A stretch of DNA of 64,000 nt. It comes from an uncultured Actinomycetota bacterium (GTDB taxonomy: Bacteria; Actinomycetota; Actinomycetes; Actinomycetales; CAWJMD01). Made by a program: the position numbers and the translations under genes. Numbering within the stretch: the stretch's first letter is position 1; each line of letters begins with the position of its first letter. The DNA lies in NCBI GenBank assembly GCA_963700925.1, contig OY969553.1, forward strand, positions 1,983,695 to 2,047,694, written 5' to 3'. Of the stretch, positions 57,833 to 64,000 are shown one piece after another. The notes below the pieces were generated by a model. It saw only the letters and a list, made by a program, of their open reading frames with translations, was not told the DNA's origin and made no database searches.

Positions 57833-58730
57833 GATAGGCGTCCGACGGTGCGGATGGTTCGGACGGTTCAGACGCAGGACGGCGCCGCCGCACGCTCGTC
57901 GCAACTCCGGCGAGAAGTAGTGTGCCCCCGGCGATCTCGAGCCACGTGGGCACCTCGCGAAGCGCGGCCCACGCCGCGAGCATGCCGACCACTGGCACGA
58001 GCATCGTGAAGGGCACCACCGAGCCGGCCGGGTAGCGGGCGAGCAGCGTGTTCCAGAGGCCGTAGCCGAGCAGTGAGGCGAGCCATGCGGTGAACACGGC
58101 CGAACCGACGGCCAACGGTGTCAGGTGAGTGAGAGCGTGGACGATCGCGTCGCGGCCCTCGAACACCCACGACAGCGCGGCGAGCGGCACGGGGACGACG
58201 AGGCCCGACCAGACCACGAGCGACAGGCCGGAGCTCGCCTTGATGCGACGCGACATGACGTTGCCGATGGCCCACGAGAGCGCGGCGGCGACCACCAGCA
58301 GCAGCGGCAGCAGTGGTGCCACGGCCGTACGGCCGAAGGCGACGACGGCGAGGCCGACCACCCCGACCACGACGCCGGCGACCTGCCCCCTCGTCGCATG
58401 CTCCCTCAGGAAGACGCTCGAGAGCACCACGGTGAAGAGGACCTGTGCCTGCAGCACCAGGGGCGTGAGGCCCGCGGGCATCCCGAGGTGCATGGCAACG
58501 TAGACCAGGCTGAACTGGCCGAGGCTCATGAACACGCCGATGAGCACCACCCACCGCCAGCCGACTCCAGGGCGTGGCACGAAGAAGACGGCCGGCAGGG
58601 CGACCAGCACGAAGCGCATGGCGACGAACAGCAGCGGCGGGACGACGGCCAGGCCGGCGTCGATGGCGATGAAGTTGCTGCCCCACAGGACGGCGACGAG
58701 CAGGGCCAGCCCGATGTCGCGCGGGGTCAT
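57597..58730 (-). CDS. EamA O-acetylserine/cysteine-exporter-like transporter (extended C-terminus)
   Basis: LWGSNF, GMPAGL..LVLQAQ, WNTLLARYPA..V.PF. Confidence 0.85.
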   Translation of the reverse strand: MTPRDIGLALLVAVLWGSNFIAIDAGLAVVPPLLFVAMRFVLVALPAVFFVPRPGVGWRWVVLIGVFMSLGQFSLVYVAMHLGMPAGLTPLVLQAQVLFTVVLSSVFLREHATRGQVAGVVVGVVGLAVVAFGRTAVAPLLPLLLVVAAALSWAIGNVMSRRIKASSGLSLVVWSGLVVPVPLAALSWVFEGRDAIVHALTHLTPLAVGSAVFTAWLASLLGYGLWNTLLARYPAGSVVPFTMLVPVVGMLAAWAALREVPTWLEIAGGTLLLAGVATSVRRRRPASEPSEPSAPSDAYRGVGVRDGDRRPDGDGRTARPSRLRRLRALHVDAGTGEPGGRAGPAPRPSDHERAGAVRGGSGAGPPAQPVASRPAAR

Positions 58731-58814
58731 CGAGAGGTCACGCTCTCCACCCTGCGCGACACAACCGTGAAGATCCAGCAAACGATTCTGCCGGCCACGC
58801 GGTAGCGTTGCTAC

Positions 58815-59726
58815 ATGCTCGATGTCATCGCCCTGCGCTCCCTGGTCGCCGTGAACAGGTCGGGCTCGGTCGCCGCGGCGGCCGACAGCCTGGGCTACAC
58901 CCCGTCCGCCGTGTCGCAGCAGATCAAGAAGCTCGAGGCCCAGTCGGGTGTGAACCTGCTGGAGAAGTTCGGTCGGGGCGTGATGCTGACCGAAGCGGGC
59001 CGGCTGCTCGTCGGGCGCGCCGACGAGCTCCTCCGGCGGATGGAGGAGATCACGTCGGGCCTGCATGCCGGCTCGGGCACCCTGGCGGGACAGCTGCGGG
59101 TCGCGACCTTCGCGACCGGGTGCCGCGGTCTGGTGGCCGGGGCGTTGGCGCAGCTGCACGGCACCGCCCCCGACCTGGACGTCTCGCTGGTGGACGCCGA
59201 GCCCTGGGACGGCGTCGATCTGGTCGCGTCAGGGCAGGTCGACCTGGCCGTCGTCCACAACTGGGAGCCGATCCCTCTCACGGTGCCCGTCCACGTCGAC
59301 AGCCGCCTGCTCGGTATCGACCGGGCCGACGTGCTCGTGCACCGCGGGCATCCTCTGGCCGGGCGATCCTGGGTGAGGCCGCGCGACCTCGCGGGTGAGC
59401 GGTGGGTCAGCGTGAGCGAGGGGTCGATCTGCCACCAGTGGCTGACGTGGATGCTGCACGAGGTGGGCGTCGAGCCCCAGATCGCCTACTACGCAGCGGA
59501 GTTCGCCAGCCATGTCGAGCTCGTCACGCACGGGGTCGCGACCGCCCTGGTGCCGCGCCTCGGTCGCGGGGCGCTCCCGCGCCAGGTGGTCGCCGTGCCG
59601 GTGCGCGAGCCGGTTCCCACGCGGCTGGTCACCGCCCTGTGGCGCCGCAGCATGTCGTCGAGCCCCACGCTGCAAGCGGGCCTCGAGGCCCTGACCGACG
59701 TGGCCCGGACACGCCTGGAGTCCTGA
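58815..59726 (+). CDS. LysR-family regulator
   Basis: GSVAAAA..LGYTPSAVSQQI..LE, GRGVMLTEAG. Confidence 0.93.
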   Translation: MLDVIALRSLVAVNRSGSVAAAADSLGYTPSAVSQQIKKLEAQSGVNLLEKFGRGVMLTEAGRLLVGRADELLRRMEEITSGLHAGSGTLAGQLRVATFATGCRGLVAGALAQLHGTAPDLDVSLVDAEPWDGVDLVASGQVDLAVVHNWEPIPLTVPVHVDSRLLGIDRADVLVHRGHPLAGRSWVRPRDLAGERWVSVSEGSICHQWLTWMLHEVGVEPQIAYYAAEFASHVELVTHGVATALVPRLGRGALPRQVVAVPVREPVPTRLVTALWRRSMSSSPTLQAGLEALTDVARTRLES

Positions 59727-59818
59727 CGCGGCGCCTGCCGACTCGGGGCGGACTGTGCCTGGACTACTGGGGCGGCCGCGGTGGTTGGCATCTGCGACCG
59801 AACCAGGAGGTGAGCGCG

Positions 59819-60811
59819 ATGGTGTCGACCCCGGACGCGCAGGCTGCGCCCGAGCCGCGAGATGCCGACGAGGCCCTGGACGCGTACTCGCAGATCGTCA
59901 CCCGAGTCGCGCGGACAGTGAGCCCGCACGTGGCGGCCGTCGAGGTCAGGGCCGTCGGGCGCGGGAGCCGGTCGCGCGGCGGCGCCGGCTCTGCCGTCGT
60001 CTTCACCGAGGACGGTTACCTGCTGACGAACGCGCACGTGGTCGGTGGCGCCACCACCGGACAGGCGGAGTTCGCAGACGGGACGGAGGCAGCCCTCGAC
60101 GTCGTCGGCTCCGACCCGCTCTCCGACCTGGCCGTCCTGCACAGCCGCGGGGTCGCGCCACCACCCGCCGAGCTGGGCGACGCGGCGTTGCTGCGCGTTG
60201 GCCAGCTCGTCGTCGCCGTCGGCAACCCGCTCGGCCTCGCCGGCTCCGTGACGGCCGGGGTGGTCAGTGCCCTCGGACGGTCCCTGCCCGCCAGGTCGGG
60301 CCGGGCTGGCCGAGTGATCGAGGACGTGATCCAGACCGATGCGGCCCTCAACCCCGGCAGCTCGGGAGGCGCCCTGGCCGACGCGACTGGCCGCATCGTC
60401 GGGATCAACACAGCCGTAGCCGGTGTGGGGCTCGGCCTGGCCGTGCCGATCAACGCGACCACGCGCCGCATCATCTCTGCCCTGCTGACCGAGGGTCGGG
60501 TACGCCGTGCCTACCTCGGACTGGTCAGCACGCCCTCGCCGCTGCCCGAGCAGGTCGCGGCGCGGGTCGGCCAGCGCAGAGCCCTGAGGGTGATCGAGGT
60601 GATCGCCGGGTCGCCCGCTGACCGCGCCGGCCTGCGGGCCGGCGACCTCGTGCTGACCGCCGGCAGACGTCCCGTGGCCGATGCCGTCAGCCTTCAGCGG
60701 CTCCTGTTCGCCGATGCGATCGGTGCGCCCCTTCCGATCACTGTGCTGCGGTCCGGCGCGATGGTCGACGTGATCGCCCTGCCGGTTGAGATGACCGAGA
60801 CGACCAGCTGA
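59819..60811 (+). CDS. HtrA/DegP-like trypsin serine protease with PDZ domain
   Basis: LTNAHVV, DLAVL, IQTDAALNPGSSGG, GSPADRAGL..GD. Confidence 0.9.
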   Translation: MVSTPDAQAAPEPRDADEALDAYSQIVTRVARTVSPHVAAVEVRAVGRGSRSRGGAGSAVVFTEDGYLLTNAHVVGGATTGQAEFADGTEAALDVVGSDPLSDLAVLHSRGVAPPPAELGDAALLRVGQLVVAVGNPLGLAGSVTAGVVSALGRSLPARSGRAGRVIEDVIQTDAALNPGSSGGALADATGRIVGINTAVAGVGLGLAVPINATTRRIISALLTEGRVRRAYLGLVSTPSPLPEQVAARVGQRRALRVIEVIAGSPADRAGLRAGDLVLTAGRRPVADAVSLQRLLFADAIGAPLPITVLRSGAMVDVIALPVEMTETTS

Positions 60812-60824
60812 CCGCTCTCGAACG

Positions 60825-61328
60825 CTAGAGGTCGCGCGCCCAGTGCTGCCCCACCAGGTCGTGGCCGAAGCTGTGGTGCTCCTCAGACGTGACCAGCTCG
60901 AACCCCGCTGCCTCGTAGATGCGGCGGGCCGAAACGAGCACGTCGTTGGTCCACAGCGTGATGCGCCGGTAGCCCGCAGCCCGCGCGAACTCGAGGCACG
61001 TGTCCACCAGGTGAGTTCCCAGCCCACGCCCACGGCCGCGCGGTTCGACGAGCACGAAGCGGACCCTGGCCGTGGTCGCGTCGTCCGCCACGCAGAAGAG
61101 GCACCCGACCCGTTCACCGTCGACCTCTGCGATCCAGCCGGCCTCACGCCCCGGGTCGTGGTCCGCGGCGTAGTCCGCGACGAATCGGGCGGCCAGCGCC
61201 TCGATCTCCACGTCCCAGCCGAACTCGCGGTGGTACGACTCCCCGTGGGCCATCACCACCCACCCGAGGTCGCCCGGCCGGTTCAGCGGACGGATCACTC
61301 CGACGCGAGTTTCGACGTTGTTCGACAT
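60825..61328 (-). CDS. GNAT acetyltransferase
   Basis: PGDLGWVV..HG, RGRGLG, LWTNDVL..AR.IY. Confidence 0.9.
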   Translation of the reverse strand: MSNNVETRVGVIRPLNRPGDLGWVVMAHGESYHREFGWDVEIEALAARFVADYAADHDPGREAGWIAEVDGERVGCLFCVADDATTARVRFVLVEPRGRGRGLGTHLVDTCLEFARAAGYRRITLWTNDVLVSARRIYEAAGFELVTSEEHHSFGHDLVGQHWARDL

Positions 61329-61352
61329 CCGACCTCCCAGCGCACGGGCTTC

Positions 61353-61374
61353 CACTGACACGACCGTTTCAGTG
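61353..61374. promoter_or_regulatory. Putative TetR operator
   Basis: CACTGACACG-AC-CGTTTCAGTG (9/10 dyad) between divergent GNAT and TetR genes. Confidence 0.6.
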
Positions 61375-61388
61375 ACTAGGCTACGACT

Positions 61389-61985
61389 GTGGCAGGACCG
61401 ACGACAACCCCTTCGGCGAGGCAGTCCGAGCTACTCGAGCGCGCCTACGCCTATGTGCTCGAGCACAGCCTGACCGACCTCTCGCTGCGTCCTCTCGCAG
61501 CAGCGATCGGGTCGAGCCCACGCGTCCTGCTGTACCTCTTCGGCAGCAAGGACGGGCTCGTCCGTGCCCTGCTCGGCCGGGCGCGCGCGGACGAGCTCGC
61601 ATTCCTGGAGCGCGTGCATCCCTCGCGGGGCTCCGGCCCCGCCGAGCTCGCCGACCTGGCCTCCACAGTCTGGGACTGGCTGGCGGCACCGGAACACCGC
61701 GCGCTGCTGACGCTGTGGCTCGAGGGGTATGCGCGGTCCCTCGTCGACCCGGACGGCCCCTGGGCGGGCTTCGCCCGAGACAGCGTCGACGACTGGCTGG
61801 CTCTGTTCGCGGCGGCGCAGACTCGTGCGGTTCGACGCACGGCGGCCGGACGCGCCCAGCGCACGCTGGTGCTCGCCGTTCTGCGGGGAGGGTTCCTCGA
61901 CCTGATCGCCACCGGCGACGTCACGCGCACCACGGCGGCCGTCCGCCTGCACCTCGCGACCATTGACGCCGTGCCGCGAAAGTAG
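61389..61985 (+). CDS. TetR/AcrR regulator
   Basis: LSLRPLAAAIGSSPRVLLYLFGSK. Confidence 0.88.
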   Translation: MAGPTTTPSARQSELLERAYAYVLEHSLTDLSLRPLAAAIGSSPRVLLYLFGSKDGLVRALLGRARADELAFLERVHPSRGSGPAELADLASTVWDWLAAPEHRALLTLWLEGYARSLVDPDGPWAGFARDSVDDWLALFAAAQTRAVRRTAAGRAQRTLVLAVLRGGFLDLIATGDVTRTTAAVRLHLATIDAVPRK

Positions 61986-61995
61986 GCGGTCCTCC

Positions 61996-62406
61996 GTGAA
62001 CCAGGACCTTGTCCTCCAGCCCGTCGGACGCGTGACATCGCCACTGACAGAACGCTCCCAGGCGCCGAAGCAAGGTGACGAAGGTGCACCGGACGCATGG
62101 ATCGTCTTCGACGAGAGCGTGCGGGACGCTCTCGCCGACGTGCAGGTCGGCGACCGGCTGATCGTGCTGACGTGGCTGCACCGGGCTGACCGAGACGTCC
62201 TGGCGGTGCACCCCCGTGACGACCTCACCCGTCCGATCACCGGTGTGTTCTCCACCCGGTCGTCTGACCGGCCGAACCCCATCGGGCTCCACCGGGTCAC
62301 CGTGCTGACGGTTGACGGCATGCGCGTTCAGGTCAGCCACCTCGAAGCCATCGACGGGACGCCGGTCGTCGACGTCAAGCCGGTCCTCGACCAGACCGAG
62401 CGCTGA
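61996..62406 (+). CDS. tsaA: TsaA/TrmO-like SAM-binding protein
   Basis: LQPVG.V, GVFSTRS.DRPNPIGL, AIDGTPVVDVKP. Confidence 0.85.
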   Translation: MNQDLVLQPVGRVTSPLTERSQAPKQGDEGAPDAWIVFDESVRDALADVQVGDRLIVLTWLHRADRDVLAVHPRDDLTRPITGVFSTRSSDRPNPIGLHRVTVLTVDGMRVQVSHLEAIDGTPVVDVKPVLDQTER

Positions 62407-62415
62407 AGCCAGTGC

Positions 62416-62446
62416 TTGACCTCAACTCAGGTTGAGGTCGCAGGAT
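62416..62446 (+). promoter_or_regulatory. SoxR-box promoter
   Basis: TTGACC-N19-CAGGAT; dyad GACCTCAAC-TCAG-GTTGAGGTC (62418-62439). Confidence 0.75.
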
Positions 62447-62453
62447 CGACTGC

Positions 62454-63368
62454 ATGACAACAGCGATCGCGTTCTTCGAGACCGGCGGGCCGGACGTTCT
62501 CCAGCTGGTCGACATCCCTGAGCCGCAGGCGGCAGCGGGACAGGTTCGCGTCCATGTCAGGGCAGCCGGTGTGCAGCCCTTCGACCTCGCGGCGGTTCGT
62601 GGCTACACGCTCCCTGGGAACGACTCGCCCTTCCCGCGGATCCCGGGCAACGAGTTCGCCGGCGTGGTCGACCAGGTGGGCACGGGCGTCACGGACTTCG
62701 GGGTCGGCGACGAGGTGCTCGGCTTCGGGACCATGAACAGCTACGTCGAGCAGCTCGTGGTCGGCACCGACCAGATCACCGCCAAGCCGCCGAACATGCC
62801 CTGGGAGGTCGCTGGCGGCTTCAGCGCCGGGGCCCAGACCGCGCACATCGCGCTCCGGGAGATCGGCGTCGGTCCCGGTGACACCGTCCTCATCCACGGC
62901 GCTGCCGGCTCGGTCGGAACACTTGCGGTGCAGCTGTCGCGGCTGTGGGGCGCACGCGTGATCGGGGCGGCCCGTGAGGCACACCACGACCACCTGCGCT
63001 CGTTGGGGGCCGATCCGGTCAGCTACGGCGACGGGTTCGTCGAGCGGGTGAGAACCCTTGCCCCGGAAGGGATCCACGCCGCGCTCGACGCTGTGGGAGG
63101 CGAAGCCCTGCAGGCCACCCTCGAGCTCGTGGCAGACCGCACGCGCATCCTGACCGTCGTCGAGCACGCGAAGGCCGCCGAGCTCGGCATCCGCGTCACC
63201 CCAGCGGCAAGGTCTCGTGAACGCCTGGCCGAGCTGGTCGCTCTGTACGCCGCGGGCAGGCTGCGCGTGCACGTGCTCGAGGCCTTCCCGCTGGCGCGCG
63301 CCGCCGACGCGCACCGCCGCTACATGGCCGGCAACATCCGGGGCAAGATCGTCCTCACCATGGGGTGA
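62454..63368 (+). CDS. NADP-dependent MDR oxidoreductase
   Basis: GGPDVL, GNEFAGVV, HGAAGSVG, RGKIVL. Confidence 0.92.
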   Translation: MTTAIAFFETGGPDVLQLVDIPEPQAAAGQVRVHVRAAGVQPFDLAAVRGYTLPGNDSPFPRIPGNEFAGVVDQVGTGVTDFGVGDEVLGFGTMNSYVEQLVVGTDQITAKPPNMPWEVAGGFSAGAQTAHIALREIGVGPGDTVLIHGAAGSVGTLAVQLSRLWGARVIGAAREAHHDHLRSLGADPVSYGDGFVERVRTLAPEGIHAALDAVGGEALQATLELVADRTRILTVVEHAKAAELGIRVTPAARSRERLAELVALYAAGRLRVHVLEAFPLARAADAHRRYMAGNIRGKIVLTMG

Positions 63369-63374
63369 GGGCTG

Positions 63375-64000
63375 TCACTGCAGGGTTGCCGCCAGGCTCA
63401 CGCCGGTCAGTCGCTCGGCCTCCGACCACAACCGAGCCGCAGTCGCGGAATCGCGTGCACGGGAAGGGATTCCGGCCACGGTGGTAGGACCGACGAGGCT
63501 GAACAGTCCGCCCGGACCGTAGTAGCCGCCGTTGACCGCGCCAGGATCCGCTGCCGCGAACAGCAGTGGCTCGGCTCCCTGCGAGACGTCTTGCGAGGGC
63601 AGCAGCGGAAGCGCGACGATCTTCGAGCGCTTCGGACGGGTGCTCCCGAGGCTGGCCCCCGCCGTCTGGAGGTTGGTCCGCGTGTAGCCGGGGTGCGCCG
63701 CGGTGCTGAGCAGGCTCCAGCCACGCTCGGTCGCGAGGCGCGCCAGGTGCTGTGACATCAGCAGGTCGGCCAGCTTCGACTGCGAGTAGGAGAAGGTGCC
63801 GCTGTACCGGCGCCGTTCCCACTGCAAGTCGTCGAACGCGATCCGACCCAGGCTGGCCATGCCGCTGCTCATCGTCGCCACGCGGGGCGCGCTGGCCGCC
63901 AGCAGAAGGGGTAGCAGCCTGACCGTGAGTGCGAACGGGCCGAGGAAGTTGCTGCCGATCTGCAGCTCGAAGCCGTCGGCCGTGGTCATCCGCTTCGGCG
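63375..64000 (-). CDS. SDR oxidoreductase (retinol dehydrogenase-like), 5'-truncated by window edge
   Basis: [28 protein letters not shown]. Confidence 0.88.
   Translation of the reverse strand, partial: PKRMTTADGFELQIGSNFLGPFALTVRLLPLLLAASAPRVATMSSGMASLGRIAFDDLQWERRRYSGTFSYSQSKLADLLMSQHLARLATERGWSLLSTAAHPGYTRTNLQTAGASLGSTRPKRSKIVALPLLPSQDVSQGAEPLLFAAADPGAVNGGYYGPGGLFSLVGPTTVAGIPSRARDSATAARLWSEAERLTGVSLAATLQ

Noticed and set aside
45065-61365. 13-bp identity CACTGACACGACC at 45065 and 61353
   Set aside because: The 61353 copy is part of a TetR-type dyad and lacks the TAGGTGTTG half; probably chance
1-64000. Many long alternative-frame and antisense ORFs (e.g. 53527-55386, 59489-61147, 40675-42129)
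   Set aside because: Arg/Pro/Gly-rich shadows of real genes, expected at this GC content; no family motifs

Overview
High-GC actinobacterial chromosomal window (inferred from F420-type LLM, TIGR03086-like, CGNR/ABATE, MMPL and LAXTG-anchor genes). It holds about 65 accessory genes: many one-component regulator/target pairs, detoxification and redox enzymes, transporters, lipid catabolism, and repair/rescue genes (ligB, arfB, AlkZ-like glycosylase). I saw no rRNA, tRNA, CRISPR array, integrase or transposase. The most notable signals are non-coding: (1) three identically spaced CGATGA-N18-GTC promoter motifs suggesting a local regulon of the SigG-like ECF sigma factor, including an antisense-overlapping STAS gene; (2) a perfect 24-bp inverted repeat bracketing the start codon of a flavin monooxygenase; (3) a shared 25-bp motif upstream of both operons flanking a frameshifted LuxR-AAA regulator; (4) a SoxR-box promoter; (5) about six genes collapsed by large internal deletions. 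All product calls come from motif recognition by eye, not database searches. Start codons were refined manually.
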